Assembly: GCA_946999045.1 (NCBI GenBank)
Contig: CAMQBR010000001.1
Location: forward strand, 33,324-97,323
DNA from: an uncultured Prevotella sp.
GTDB taxonomy: Bacteria; Bacteroidota; Bacteroidia; Bacteroidales; Bacteroidaceae
Direction: 5' to 3'
Length of the DNA stretch: 64,000 bases
Shown: in pieces, positions 40,489 through 51,223 of the stretch
Numbering within the stretch: the stretch's first letter is position 1
Layout of the letters: the number at the start of each line of letters is the position of its first letter
Translations under genes and position numbers: made by a program
The notes under the pieces: model-generated
What the model was told of the DNA's origin: nothing
Databases searched by the model: none
The model's input: only the letters and a program-made list of their open reading frames with translations

Positions 40489-42027
40489 TTATTCCTTAGG
40501 ATTTATAAGTGTTGGTATAATCTCGATAGCCTTATGCAGACGCTTCAATGTTTCTTCTTTTCCAAGGAAAGCAGAAATATCGAACATACCTGGGCCTTTG
40601 CCTATTCCAACCAATGCCAAGCGGAATGCGTTCATTATATCTCCTAACTTATAATCTTTTTCTTCAATCCATTGTTTTACTTTCTCTTCTTGATTTTCTA
40701 AAGAAAAATCGTCTAAACTATCTAATACTTTAGATAGTTCGGTCATTTGTTGTACAGAATATTCTTTCCAACGCTTGCGAATGGTTTTGGTATCGTATTC
40801 TAATGGAGCAACAAAGAAGAATGAGCACAAAGGCCATAGTTCCTTGACAAAATTAACACGGTCTTTCATCATGTGTACTACTTTTCTTACTCTGTCTAAC
40901 GATACGTCTATTCCGTTGTTGGCAACGATAGGTGCAAAGAGGTCAGCTATCTCGTCATCGCTCTTTTGTAAAATGTATTCGTGGTTGAACCAGATACCTT
41001 TCTGGTAATCAAACTTGGCACCAGCTTTTGAACAACGAGTAATATCAAAGGCATCAACCAATTCATTCAAAGTGAAAATTTCCTTTTCTGTTCCAGGATT
41101 CCATCCTAACAAAGCAAGGAAGTTTACTACGGCTTCGGGGAAATATCCACTCTCACGATAGCCCGAAGAAACCTCTCCTGTTTTTGGATCGTTCCACTCT
41201 AAAGGAAATACAGGGAAGCCTAATCTATCGCCATCACGCTTTGAAAGCTTGCCTTTGCCTTCTGGTTTTAACAATAAAGGAAGATGAGCGAATGTTGGCA
41301 TGGTGTTTTGCCAACCAAAAGCCTCATATAATAAAACGTGTAATGGTGCACTTGGTATCCACTCTTCACCTCTTATAACGTGCGATATCTCCATTAAGTG
41401 GTCGTCAACAATGTTAGCTAAGTGATAGGTAGGTAGCTCATCGGCACTCTTGTACAATACTTTATCATCCAATATATCTGATTTAACAATGACTTCGCCA
41501 CGAATCATATCGTGTATATGTATCTCTCTGCCAGGTTCAACCTTAAACCTAACCACATATTGTTCACCTTCATCCATGCGTTTTTTACACTCTTCTGTGC
41601 TCATAGTGAGTGAGTTACGCATCTGTAAACGTGTATGGCAGTCGTATTGGAAGTTGTTAATTTCTTTTCTCTTTGCATCTAATTCTTCGGGGGTATCAAA
41701 GGCTATGTAAGCTTTTCCCTTATCAATTAGTTGTTTAACATACTTTTTATAAATATCTCTGCGCTCGCTCTGACGGTAAGGGCCATGATTGCCACCAAAG
41801 GTAACGCCCTCATCAAACTTGATTCCTAACCATCTGAACGACTCTAAGATATACTCTTCTGCACCTGGAACAAATCTGTTAGAATCGGTATCTTCTATTC
41901 TAAAGATGAACGTACCGTTATGTTGACGTGCAAAAAGATAATTGTATAATGCTGTACGTACGCCTCCAATGTGTAGAGGCCCTGTAGGACTTGGTGCAAA
42001 ACGCACTCTAACTTTTCTTTCCATCAT
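40489..42027 (-). CDS. gltX: Glutamyl-tRNA synthetase
   Basis: [22 protein letters not shown] (HIGH) and KLSKR (KMSKS-type). Confidence 0.95.
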   Translation of the reverse strand: MMERKVRVRFAPSPTGPLHIGGVRTALYNYLFARQHNGTFIFRIEDTDSNRFVPGAEEYILESFRWLGIKFDEGVTFGGNHGPYRQSERRDIYKKYVKQLIDKGKAYIAFDTPEELDAKRKEINNFQYDCHTRLQMRNSLTMSTEECKKRMDEGEQYVVRFKVEPGREIHIHDMIRGEVIVKSDILDDKVLYKSADELPTYHLANIVDDHLMEISHVIRGEEWIPSAPLHVLLYEAFGWQNTMPTFAHLPLLLKPEGKGKLSKRDGDRLGFPVFPLEWNDPKTGEVSSGYRESGYFPEAVVNFLALLGWNPGTEKEIFTLNELVDAFDITRCSKAGAKFDYQKGIWFNHEYILQKSDDEIADLFAPIVANNGIDVSLDRVRKVVHMMKDRVNFVKELWPLCSFFFVAPLEYDTKTIRKRWKEYSVQQMTELSKVLDSLDDFSLENQEEKVKQWIEEKDYKLGDIMNAFRLALVGIGKGPGMFDISAFLGKEETLKRLHKAIEIIPTLINPKE

Positions 42028-42149
42028 ATTATTATGAAGATAATATATATTTTTTTTTATTTATCCAAAGAGGGTGCAAGTTGAAGGCAAAAACAAGTTT
42101 ATTAATGTTGAAACCTAACTTGAATATTTTTTTTATTTATAATAAAGTA

Positions 42150-42400
42150 CATAAAATGGTGCTGAGAGCAAGCCCTGAAAGGGCGACATATTTATAGCAT
42201 GGGGGGTTGCTCCTATGCTAATTGTGCTATGTTCTGTTGTAAAACTATTGCTCCTGTAAGGGGCGAATATTTAAAACTATTTTCCATAATTGTACCATTA
42301 TAATTATGTCGACCTTTTATGGCTTCATTGTAGAGTGGCTAATTTCTGAGATGGGGGCAAGCCCCTATCTTATATTATATTGCCCTTTCAGGGTTTTATA
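42150..42400. repeat. Family-2 repeat copy B: forward M motif (42154-42217) and inverted partner (42345-42395)
   Basis: AAAATGGTGCTGAGAGCAAGCCCTGAAAGGGCGACATATTTATAGCATGGGGGGTTGCTCCTATG. Reverse complement of 42347-42393 reads CCCTGAAAGGGCAATATA…ATAGGGGCTTGCCCCCATCTCAG. Confidence 0.45.
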
Positions 42401-42593
42401 GTTCAGGCTATTTTTTAACCTTAGTTATTTGAAATTGCTTCAACACAACCTATTTTATGCAAAAGTAGTTAATTTTTTGCATTATAGCATATTTTTTTTT
42501 TTATTTTCGCATTATCAAGTATTTTATGATAGACAAATAAAAAAGTTTGATTGTATTGGGTTTACATTGTTTTTTGATTCAAAATATAACACA

Positions 42594-42613
42594 GCTAATT
42601 TATATAACCAGCC
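42594..42613. repeat. Solo MITE family-1-like terminus at the nadD stop
   Basis: GCTAATTTATATAACCAGCC. Confidence 0.35.
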
Positions 42614-43218
42614 TAAAGATAGTAGGTTATTGCCATGGGGATAATTGTCTCTGGAATAAGGTTATTTATGGGTAATCCCTTACTAATACGTTGTCGCACC
42701 TCTGTGCTGCTCACATTATATAAAGGTGTATTGAGTAAGATTACATTTGAGGGTAAGGTGTTGATATCTATATAGGCATTGACACGGGGATAGATGGCTA
42801 TATGGTAGTTATTAAGTATATCTTTGTGATGTGCCCAATGGTTAAATACCTGCCAGTTGTCGGCACCTATTATTAATGTAAACTCAGTATCTGGCTTGTC
42901 TTTTGATAGAGCTTGAAGAGTGTTCCATGTATAGGAGGGCTTAGGTAAATGAAATTCGTAATCGCAAGCCTTTATTTTTGGTTCATCTTGTAATGCTTTT
43001 TGAGCCATTTTCAGACGAAGTTGGTCGTCAAGCAAGGTACTTGATTGCTTTAATGGGTTTTGAGGAGATACCATTAACCATATTTCATCCAAATGGATAA
43101 GGCGTAAAATATGCTTTGCTAATTGAATGTGCCCAAGGTGAATGGGGTTGAAAGAACCTCCAAATAGTCCAATGGATGTTTTGTTAGTTGAGGAGTTGAC
43201 AAGTTGAAGAGTTGACAC
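42613..43218 (-). CDS. nadD: Nicotinate-nucleotide adenylyltransferase
   Basis: IGLFGGSFNPIHLGHIQLAKHIL. N-terminal about 15 aa (MSTLQLVNSSTNKTS) is encoded by a GTTGA-rich repeat; the true start is uncertain. Confidence 0.8.
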   Translation of the reverse strand: MSTLQLVNSSTNKTSIGLFGGSFNPIHLGHIQLAKHILRLIHLDEIWLMVSPQNPLKQSSTLLDDQLRLKMAQKALQDEPKIKACDYEFHLPKPSYTWNTLQALSKDKPDTEFTLIIGADNWQVFNHWAHHKDILNNYHIAIYPRVNAYIDINTLPSNVILLNTPLYNVSSTEVRQRISKGLPINNLIPETIIPMAITYYL

Positions 43219-43592
43219 AAGATGATAGTTTTAAGTTGATGAGTTTGAGAGTTGTTAAGTTTGTGAGTAAGGTAATCTCAGAGAGGTCAACATAATTAAT
43301 TCAATGATTTTTAAGTCATAATTAATATTTCACATTATAGCTGGTTTTATAAAAAATAAGTTTTTTTGTTAGATTTTGAGCTTATATTTTTACACAAAAA
43401 ATAATGTAAGGCTAATGCAATCAAACTTGTTTGGAATGTTGAGGCGCAGCCTGTTTCTATAAAAGTTTCCTCTCAATAATACATAAGGGCAGCCTCCCTC
43501 CCTACATTATATTATGTAGTTTTTTCAGGACTTGCTGTTAGTTTTCTCTTCTTTTTGGAGATGATAGTGTAGGCTTCTGTTGGGGGAAACTC

Positions 43593-44174
43593 TTATTTCA
43601 GAAACGTTTTTAATAGTTTTAGCGTTTCTTCTTTAGTTTTTTGCAAATCGTCGTTCACTAAAACCTTATCGAATTGAGGGGCAAAGGTTAATTCGTAGGA
43701 GGCTTTTTCTAATCTATCTTCAATAACACTTTGCTCATCAGTGCCACGTTTTTCTAAGCGATGTCTTAGTTCTTCAATCGATGGTGGTTGAATAAAAATA
43801 CTCAATGCACGTTCGCCATAAAAGCGTTTGATGTTAACCCCTCCTTTTACATCAACATCAAAAACAACATTTTGTCCGGCTTTTAGCTGGTTTTCTATTT
43901 GCGATTTGAGCGTACCATAAAATCTATCTTTATACACTTCTTCGAATTCTAAGAACTCGTTGTTTGCTATGCGTTGCTTGAACTCATTGGTAGATAAGAA
44001 GAAGTATTCTACTCCGTTCGTCTCTTTTCCTCGTGGAGGACGACTGGTACATGATATAGAGAAAGCCAGTCTTAGTTCGGGATGCTCTTGCATTAACCAA
44101 TTAATAATGGTGCTTTTACCGCTTCCTGATGGAGCAGAAAAGATAACCAGTTTGGTGTTGTTATGATTGTTCAT
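43593..44174 (-). CDS. gmk: Guanylate kinase
   Basis: LVIFSAPSGSGKSTI P-loop; …YFFLSTNEF…. Confidence 0.9.
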   Translation of the reverse strand: MNNHNNTKLVIFSAPSGSGKSTIINWLMQEHPELRLAFSISCTSRPPRGKETNGVEYFFLSTNEFKQRIANNEFLEFEEVYKDRFYGTLKSQIENQLKAGQNVVFDVDVKGGVNIKRFYGERALSIFIQPPSIEELRHRLEKRGTDEQSVIEDRLEKASYELTFAPQFDKVLVNDDLQKTKEETLKLLKTFLK

Positions 44175-44195
44175 GATTGCTTACTTGTTATACAT

Positions 44196-45071
44196 CTATA
44201 GTGCGTTTAGCACCTGTTCTTTTATCTGTTCTAATTCGTCTTTCATCTTTACCACGATATTTTGCATTTCAGCCTGATTGCTTTTAGAACCTGTGGTATT
44301 GATTTCTCTACCCATTTCTTGTGCAATAAAACCTAATTTTCTCCCAACAGGTTCTTGCTCTTCCATGGTTTCTTTGAAATACTTTAAGTGATTGGTTAAG
44401 CGTTGTTTTTCTTCACTAATATCCAATTTCTCAATATAATAAATCAATTCTTGTTCTAAACGATTTTTATCATAATCAATATCAGGAATTTGAGATAATC
44501 CTTCAATGATGCGGTCTTTTATCTTTTCTACACGCATCTTCTCGTATGGTTCGATGCTTGCCAATAACTTAGAGATATTTTCAACCTTTTCAAGGAACTT
44601 CTTTTGCAGGGCAGCTCCCTCTTGTTTGCGGAAGTTAACTAATTTTTCGGTAGCATCTTTAATAGCATTTTTAGCCACTTCCCATTCTTCATCACTCAAA
44701 ACCTCAGTCTCGGTTTTCTGTGTTACATCAGGCAAACGCAATATAGTTTGCAGCAAGTCGGTTGGTTCTAACATACCCATAGTAGCTGCTATCTGCTTAA
44801 TTTGCTTATAATAATTTTGCACAATATCTGTGTTGATAGGTGTAATATCAGCCAAGGCATCTTTTTCTATCCATATAGAGAAATCTACCTTTCCTCGCTT
44901 GAGTGTCTTGGTGATATACTGGCGTATCTCAATTTCTTTCTCTCTGTACAGCGGAGCAATGCGTGTAGAGAGGTCGAGCGACTTGCTGTTAAGCGATTTT
45001 ATTTCAACATTTATTTTCTTTTCTTTATAGAGAATGGTAGTTTTACCATACCCCGTCATTGATTGTATCAT
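44196..45071 (-). CDS. yicC: YicC-family stress-induced protein / endoribonuclease
   Basis: MIQSMTGYGKTT… canonical YicC N-terminus. 291 aa. Confidence 0.85.
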   Translation of the reverse strand: MIQSMTGYGKTTILYKEKKINVEIKSLNSKSLDLSTRIAPLYREKEIEIRQYITKTLKRGKVDFSIWIEKDALADITPINTDIVQNYYKQIKQIAATMGMLEPTDLLQTILRLPDVTQKTETEVLSDEEWEVAKNAIKDATEKLVNFRKQEGAALQKKFLEKVENISKLLASIEPYEKMRVEKIKDRIIEGLSQIPDIDYDKNRLEQELIYYIEKLDISEEKQRLTNHLKYFKETMEEQEPVGRKLGFIAQEMGREINTTGSKSNQAEMQNIVVKMKDELEQIKEQVLNAL

Positions 45072-45162
45072 AACTGCAACACGTTAAATTTATGCAAAAG
45101 TAATCAAATTATAGGGAAAAAGCAGTACATTTGCACATTATTTAAGTAATAAATAAAGACTT

Positions 45163-45855
45163 ATGTCGTGTATTTTAAGTATAGAGACAAGTACAGATGT
45201 TTGTTCTGTTGCTATTAGTCAGGACAGAACGTGCATCTTTGAGAAAGAAGATCATAGTGGACCCAATCATGCTGTTAAGCTTGGTGTGTATGTAGATGAA
45301 GCATTATCTTTTATAGATAGCCATTTAATAACATTAGAAGCAGTAGCTGTTAGTGGTGGTCCTGGTTCATATACCGGCTTAAGAATTGGTACCTCTATGG
45401 CAAAAGGAATTTGTTATGGACGTTCGGTTAAGTTAATTTCTGTTCCAACGCTTGAACTATTGTGTGTACCTGTATTGATAAACGAGCATATCAAAGAAGA
45501 CAATGCTCTGTTATGCCCCATGCTTGATGCACGTCGCATGGAGGTATATGCACAGTTATTTGATAAATCATTGAATGAGGTTCGTCCTATCCAAGCTGAT
45601 GTTGTAGATACTGATACTTACAAACAATATTTGGATGAGCGTCCTGTTTACTTCTTTGGTAATGGAGCCGAGAAGTGTATGGAAACCATTAATCATCCTA
45701 ATGCACATCTTATTAAGGGTATAGAACCTATTGCAAAAAATATGTTCCCATTGGCTGATAAGCAATTGCTGAATGGAAAAGTAGAAGATGTGGCTTACTT
45801 TGTACCTTTCTATCTAAAGGACTTTGTGGCTAAAAAGCCTAAGAAGTTGCTTTAA
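45163..45855 (+). CDS. tsaB: tRNA threonylcarbamoyladenosine biosynthesis protein TsaB
   Basis: ILSIETSTDVCSVAI…AVAVSGGPGSYTGLRIG. Confidence 0.85.
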   Translation: MSCILSIETSTDVCSVAISQDRTCIFEKEDHSGPNHAVKLGVYVDEALSFIDSHLITLEAVAVSGGPGSYTGLRIGTSMAKGICYGRSVKLISVPTLELLCVPVLINEHIKEDNALLCPMLDARRMEVYAQLFDKSLNEVRPIQADVVDTDTYKQYLDERPVYFFGNGAEKCMETINHPNAHLIKGIEPIAKNMFPLADKQLLNGKVEDVAYFVPFYLKDFVAKKPKKLL

Positions 45856-45916
45856 TTATAATTATACAAGTATAAAGTATAGCAAGCCAAGAATGTAATT
45901 ATATTATTGACTTTTT

Positions 45917-46513
45917 ATGATGGATATAGAAGGATTGGATTATAATACTCAGCGCGAGAAACTCATCTTGCCCGAATATGGACGAGAGGTGCAAAATATG
46001 GTAGACTATGCTGTGTCGCTTCCTAATAAGGAAGACAGACAAAGGTGTGCAGAAACCATTGTACAAACGATGGAGAGAATGTTTCCACAAAACAAAGAAA
46101 GCGAAGATTATCAACGCAAGTTGTGGGATCATTTGGCTATTATGAGCAATTTTAAGCTTGATATTGACTATCCTTTCGATGTGGAGCAAGCGGCTAAGAT
46201 ATATACAAAGCCTGTTCCCATGCAATATCCTATGAAACGTATTCCTGTGAGGCACTATGGTAATATGATGTTTGAGCTATTTGATAAGCTCAAAACAATG
46301 AAGCCAAGTGAAGAACGTGATGAGTTAGTAAGAGTTACAGCCAATCAGATGAAGCGTGATTTGGTACAATGGGGACATGGCTCTTCGGATGATGAAAAGG
46401 TTGCTGCAGACTTAGAATGGCTTACAGATGGTAAAATTGTGTTAGACCTTGATAACTTTGTTTTTGATAAGATTGACACAAGAGATTTGGACAAAAAACG
46501 TAAGAAACGCTGA
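45917..46513 (+). CDS. Conserved Bacteroidetes hypothetical protein (DUF4290-like), upstream of murA
   Basis: 198 aa soluble protein 5 bp upstream of murA. I did not verify the domain call computationally. Confidence 0.4.
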   Translation: MMDIEGLDYNTQREKLILPEYGREVQNMVDYAVSLPNKEDRQRCAETIVQTMERMFPQNKESEDYQRKLWDHLAIMSNFKLDIDYPFDVEQAAKIYTKPVPMQYPMKRIPVRHYGNMMFELFDKLKTMKPSEERDELVRVTANQMKRDLVQWGHGSSDDEKVAADLEWLTDGKIVLDLDNFVFDKIDTRDLDKKRKKR

Positions 46514-46518
46514 TATAT

Positions 46519-47829
46519 ATGGAGGCTTTTGTTATTGAGGGAGGACATAAGATTAAAGGAGCAATTCTTCCACAGGGTGCTAAAAACGAGGCATTACAGG
46601 TTATTTGTGCTTCTCTTCTTACGTCAGAGCCTGTTACCATCAACAATATACCTAATATTTTGGATGTAAATAACCTTATCAAGTTGTTGCAAGATATTGG
46701 GGTAAAGGTTTTGTATAGACATAAAAATGAATATACTTTTCAGGCCAATCAGATTAATTTGGGTTACTTGGAAAGCGATGAGTTTGTTAAGAAGTGCTCG
46801 TCATTGCGTGGTTCTGTACTGATGTTAGGACCTTTATTGGGGCGTTTTCATAGAGCTAGGGTGGTAAAACCTGGCGGAGATAAGATTGGTCGTCGCCGAT
46901 TAGACACTCATCTGTTAGGCTTTAAGCACTTGGGTGCACATTTGCAATGCAACGAAGATAAAGGCATTTATCATATACAAACCCAGCACCTTAAGGGTGG
47001 TTATATATTATTAGATGAGGCTTCGGTTACGGGTACGGCTAATATTATCATGGCAGCTGTGTTGGCTGAGGGCACTACAACCATTTATAATGCTGCCTGC
47101 GAACCGTATATACAGCAGTTATGCCATTTGCTCAATGCTATGGGAGCCAACATCAGTGGTATAGCATCTAACTTATTAACTATTGTTGGTGTAAAATCTT
47201 TACACGGCGCACGCCATAAAATATTGCCCGATATGATTGAGGTTGGCTCGTTTATCGGCATGGCAGCCATGGTAGGTGATGGGGTTAGAATAAAAAATGT
47301 ATCAGTCCGTAATCTTGGAATCACCCTTGAGGCCTTTCGCCGCTTGGGTATTAAGATAAAGGTTGAAGGTGACGACCTGTTTATTCCGCATCAAGACCAT
47401 TATCAAATAGAATCGTTTATTGATGGAACTATTATGACTCTGAGTGATGCTCCATGGCCTGGACTTACTCCAGACTTGCTTTCTGTGTTGTTAGTGGTTG
47501 CCACACAGGCACAAGGTAGCGTGCTTTTCCATCAGAAAATGTTTGAAAGCCGTCTCTTCTTCGTTGATAAGTTGATAGATATGAGGGCACAAATTATACT
47601 TTGCGATCCACACAGAGCCGTAGTTGTAGGGCACGACAGAAAGATAACGCTACGAGCAGGACACATGACAAGTCCTGATATTCGTGCTGGTATTGCACTA
47701 TTAATTGCTGCATTGAGTGCCAATGGTATTAGTAGAATAGAAAATATTGCTCAAATAGACCGTGGATATGAAAATATAGAAATGCGCCTCAACGCTTTAG
47801 GCGCACATATTAAGCGTGTAGATGATTAA
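46519..47829 (+). CDS. murA: UDP-N-acetylglucosamine 1-carboxyvinyltransferase
   Basis: …IEGGHKIKGAILPQGAKNEALQVICASLL… 436 aa. Confidence 0.95.
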   Translation: MEAFVIEGGHKIKGAILPQGAKNEALQVICASLLTSEPVTINNIPNILDVNNLIKLLQDIGVKVLYRHKNEYTFQANQINLGYLESDEFVKKCSSLRGSVLMLGPLLGRFHRARVVKPGGDKIGRRRLDTHLLGFKHLGAHLQCNEDKGIYHIQTQHLKGGYILLDEASVTGTANIIMAAVLAEGTTTIYNAACEPYIQQLCHLLNAMGANISGIASNLLTIVGVKSLHGARHKILPDMIEVGSFIGMAAMVGDGVRIKNVSVRNLGITLEAFRRLGIKIKVEGDDLFIPHQDHYQIESFIDGTIMTLSDAPWPGLTPDLLSVLLVVATQAQGSVLFHQKMFESRLFFVDKLIDMRAQIILCDPHRAVVVGHDRKITLRAGHMTSPDIRAGIALLIAALSANGISRIENIAQIDRGYENIEMRLNALGAHIKRVDD

Positions 47830-48328
47830 GAAAGAAGATGTTTACTGCATAGGTAAAATAGGCAAAACGCATGGTGTGAGGGGCGAATTAACGTTTCTCT
47901 TCTATGACGATGTTTTTGAACGCACTGGTAGTTCTTGCCTTATTTTAGAGGTAGATGGTATCTTGGTGCCTTTCTTTTTTGAGGAATGTCGCTTCAAAAA
48001 CGATACTACAGCTATCGTAAAGTTTTGTGATGTTGATACACAAAGCAAGGCGCAACAACTTACCTCGTGTGAGGTTTTCTTTCCACGAAAGCACAATGAT
48101 GATACGATCAAACAGCTTTCGTGGGCACAAATTATTAGTTTTACATTGGTAGATGTAGCTACTCATCGCTCTATAGGAAAGATAGCGCATATAGATGCCA
48201 GCACCATCAATATTTTATTTGAACTGGAAGATGGTACACTGATACCTGCACACCATGATTTGATAAAACATGTGGATGTAGAAAAGAAAACTATTTTCGT
48301 AGACGTTCCAGATGGATTGATAGATTAA
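47822..48328 (+). CDS. rimM: Ribosome maturation factor RimM
   Basis: IGKIGKTHGVRGELTF… plus a PRC-barrel C-terminus. Confidence 0.85.
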   Translation: MIKKEDVYCIGKIGKTHGVRGELTFLFYDDVFERTGSSCLILEVDGILVPFFFEECRFKNDTTAIVKFCDVDTQSKAQQLTSCEVFFPRKHNDDTIKQLSWAQIISFTLVDVATHRSIGKIAHIDASTINILFELEDGTLIPAHHDLIKHVDVEKKTIFVDVPDGLID

Positions 48329-48370
48329 TCCATGTTGGCCACCTTGTTGGTAACTAACAAAAGCAAAAAA

Positions 48371-49528
48371 ATGAAAAAACAAATATGTATATTAGGCTCC
48401 ACAGGTAGCATTGGTACGCAAGCTCTTGATGTGATAGCACAGCATACAGACAAGTACGAAGTATATTGTCTTACAGCTCATAATCGTTATGAGGATTTGG
48501 CAGAACAGGCTCGCAAGTTTCATCCTGCAGCGGTGGTTATTGCCAACGAAGCTCATTATGAGGCTTTAAGTAAGTTGCTGGATGATAGTCCCGACATCAA
48601 GGTTTATGCTGGTAAGGATGCTATTAATGAGATAGTAACGGCTCAACCCATTGATATGGTGTTAACTGCAATGGTAGGTTTTGCAGGACTTACCCCTACT
48701 ATCAGTGCTATCAAAGCGCATAAAAAAATATGTCTTGCCAACAAAGAAACACTTGTTGTGGCTGGCGAATTAATTTGTAAGTTGGCACAACAATATCATG
48801 TTCCTATCTTACCTGTTGATTCTGAGCACAGTGCTATCTTCCAATCATTAGTTGGCGAGGATAATAATGAGATAGAAAAGGTATTGCTTACTTGTAGCGG
48901 TGGACCTTTTCGCAACTATACTTTGCAACAGATGAGCAGCGTAAAGGCTACTCATGCCCTAAAACATCCTACATGGAATATGGGTGCAAAGATTACTATA
49001 GATTCGGCATCTCTTATGAATAAAGGCTTTGAGGTTATGGAGGCTAAATGGTTGTTTGGCGTACCAGTAGATAAAATTCAAGTACTTATTCATCCTCAAA
49101 GTATTGTACACAGTGCCGTACAGTTTGTTGATGGAAGTGTAAAAGCTCAGTTAGGTGTACCAGATATGCGTTTACCTATACAATATGCCTTTTCGTTTCC
49201 AGAGCGTTTACCTCTCAGTGGCGATAGGCTCAACCTTTTTAAGCAGCCTTTAGAGTTTTTTGAACCTGATGTAACTCGCTTCAAATGTTTGTCATTGGCA
49301 TACGAAGCTATGCGCCAAGGTGGTAATATGCCGTGTATAGTGAATGCAGCTAACGAGATAGTTAACTTAGCTTTCCGTGAAGACAGATGCTCTTTCTTGG
49401 GCATGGCAGATGTCATTGAACAAACCATGCAACGGGTGTCGCTGGTTAAAACGCCCTCGTACGAAACATATCTTGGTACAGATGCAGAGGCACGTCGTAT
49501 CGCAACAGAGTTAGTAAGTAATAGTTAA
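48371..49528 (+). CDS. dxr: 1-deoxy-D-xylulose 5-phosphate reductoisomerase
   Basis: ICILGSTGSIGTQALDV… Start set at MKKQICILG (ATG 48371). Confidence 0.9.
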   Translation: MKKQICILGSTGSIGTQALDVIAQHTDKYEVYCLTAHNRYEDLAEQARKFHPAAVVIANEAHYEALSKLLDDSPDIKVYAGKDAINEIVTAQPIDMVLTAMVGFAGLTPTISAIKAHKKICLANKETLVVAGELICKLAQQYHVPILPVDSEHSAIFQSLVGEDNNEIEKVLLTCSGGPFRNYTLQQMSSVKATHALKHPTWNMGAKITIDSASLMNKGFEVMEAKWLFGVPVDKIQVLIHPQSIVHSAVQFVDGSVKAQLGVPDMRLPIQYAFSFPERLPLSGDRLNLFKQPLEFFEPDVTRFKCLSLAYEAMRQGGNMPCIVNAANEIVNLAFREDRCSFLGMADVIEQTMQRVSLVKTPSYETYLGTDAEARRIATELVSNS

Positions 49529-49620
49529 CAAGTTGACAAGTTGATTGTTTACAAGCTGGCAAGTTGGTAGCTTTTCATCAATAAGTCTAATCATAAAGTT
49601 CAAAGCTCAAAGTTTAAGTT

Positions 49621-51018
49621 ATGGAAATATTTTTAATCAGATTGCTCCAATTCATCTTAGCAATCTCCTTGTTAGTACTCTTGCACGAAGGCGGACATAT
49701 GTTCTTCGCCAAACTCTTTGGCGTAAGAGTCGATAAATTCTTTATATTTTTTGATGTTGGTATTGGCAAATGGAATGGTAGTTTGTTCCGCTTCAAGCCT
49801 AAAAAGAGTGATACTACCTACGGTATAGGTTGGTTGCCACTGGGTGGTTATTGTAAGATAGCTGGCATGATAGACGAGAGTTTCGATACCAAACAAATGA
49901 AAAAGCCTGCCGAAGAGTGGGAGTTCCGGTCTAAACCTGCTTGGCAACGCTTGCTTATTATGATAGGGGGAGTAGCTGTTAACTTTTTTTTAGCTCTCTT
50001 CATCTATTCCATGGTCTTGTTCTATTGGGGCGAACAATATGTTACTACTAAGGACATGAGCATGGGGATGTATTTTAATCAGGAAGCTAAATCGTACGGA
50101 TTTCACGATCATGACATTTTGTTAGGCACTGATAAAGGTGCATTCAGCGATTTTAATGCCGATGTATACAGAGACTTATCCACTGCCAAACGAGTAGATA
50201 TTATCCGTCAAGGCAAAAAAATGAGCATTAGTTTGCCTGGCAATCTTAATCTGTTGAATATGATTAAGAGCACGCCTCGCTTTGTTTCTCCATACATTCC
50301 AGCCGAAATAGACAGCATTATACCTGGAGGAGCTGCAGCAAAAGTTGGTATGAAGAGGGGCGACCATATCTTGGCTGTGAATGGAAAGCCTGCAGAATCG
50401 TGGAATGCTTTTCAAGATGCAATGGGTGTATTAAGCGATCAGCTCATGGCTGCCAAAACATCAAAGGATAGTCTTAACATTCGTACAGCGAACATTGTGT
50501 TTGCTCATAAAGCTACTGCAAAGGTAGATACCGTGAAAGTAGTGTTAAATAGTGACTTGATGTTGGGCGTTGGTATGACCAGTTTATTGTCTTATTATCC
50601 ACCAACTAACAAAGAATATAGCTTCATTGAGAGCTTCCCAGCAGGTGTAAAATACGGATGCAAGGTACTGGCTGGATATGTAGGTGATATGAAATACGTG
50701 TTTACAGCCGATGGTGCAAAGTCGTTAGGTGGCTTTGGTGCCATAGGTAGCTTATTCCCTCCAGTATGGGATTGGCACGTATTCTGGCTCATGACAGCCT
50801 TCTTGAGCATCATCTTAGCCTTTATGAACATTCTTCCTATCCCTGCTCTTGACGGAGGGCACGTACTCTTTTTGTTATACGAAATGGTAACACGTCGTAA
50901 GCCAAGTGAGAAGTTTATGATTAGAGCCGAATATGTAGGTATCGCCATTCTCTTGCTTCTCATGGTAGTAGCCAACCTCAACGATATACTTCGCTGGTTA
51001 GGTATCATATCGTACTAA
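49621..51018 (+). CDS. rseP: RIP metalloprotease RseP (site-2 protease) with PDZ domains
   Basis: HEGGHMFFAKLFG (HExxH), PDZ region, C-terminal LDGGH motif. Confidence 0.85.
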   Translation: MEIFLIRLLQFILAISLLVLLHEGGHMFFAKLFGVRVDKFFIFFDVGIGKWNGSLFRFKPKKSDTTYGIGWLPLGGYCKIAGMIDESFDTKQMKKPAEEWEFRSKPAWQRLLIMIGGVAVNFFLALFIYSMVLFYWGEQYVTTKDMSMGMYFNQEAKSYGFHDHDILLGTDKGAFSDFNADVYRDLSTAKRVDIIRQGKKMSISLPGNLNLLNMIKSTPRFVSPYIPAEIDSIIPGGAAAKVGMKRGDHILAVNGKPAESWNAFQDAMGVLSDQLMAAKTSKDSLNIRTANIVFAHKATAKVDTVKVVLNSDLMLGVGMTSLLSYYPPTNKEYSFIESFPAGVKYGCKVLAGYVGDMKYVFTADGAKSLGGFGAIGSLFPPVWDWHVFWLMTAFLSIILAFMNILPIPALDGGHVLFLLYEMVTRRKPSEKFMIRAEYVGIAILLLLMVVANLNDILRWLGIISY

Positions 51019-51061
51019 ATTAATAGTAAGCATCCAATATTAGCCGTCTTTCACATTACAA

Positions 51062-51107
51062 ATAACCCTTATATGTTTGGCAGCATATAAGGGTTATTTG
51101 TTTTTAT
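51062..51107 (+). terminator. Rho-independent terminator after rseP, nested inside an outer 15-bp inverted repeat (51031-51045 / 51115-51129)
   Basis: 14-bp perfect stem ATAACCCTTATATG/CATATAAGGGTTAT, loop TTTGGCAG, then TTGTTTTTAT. Outer IR is CATCCAATATTAGCC…GGCTAATATTGGATG. Confidence 0.65.
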
Positions 51108-51192
51108 AAAAGGTGGCTAATATTGGATGTTTACGATAATAAAAAAAACAACAACCCGATTTGTATATTCAAATCAGGTTGTCGTAGAGCAT

Positions 51193-51217
51193 ACGGTGGT
51201 TATTTTTAGAACCAGCC
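51193..51217. repeat. Solo MITE family-1-like terminus next to the SusD stop
   Basis: ACGGTGGTTATTTTTAGAACCAGCC vs canonical ACGGTGGTAATTTATAGAACCGCCC. Confidence 0.4.
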
Positions 51218-51223
51218 TTAAGT

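Noticed and set aside
40465-40733. Small plus-strand ORFs at the kdtA/gltX junction
   Set aside because: Antisense to the gltX C-terminus. The 33-bp gap between gltX and kdtA suggests co-transcription instead.
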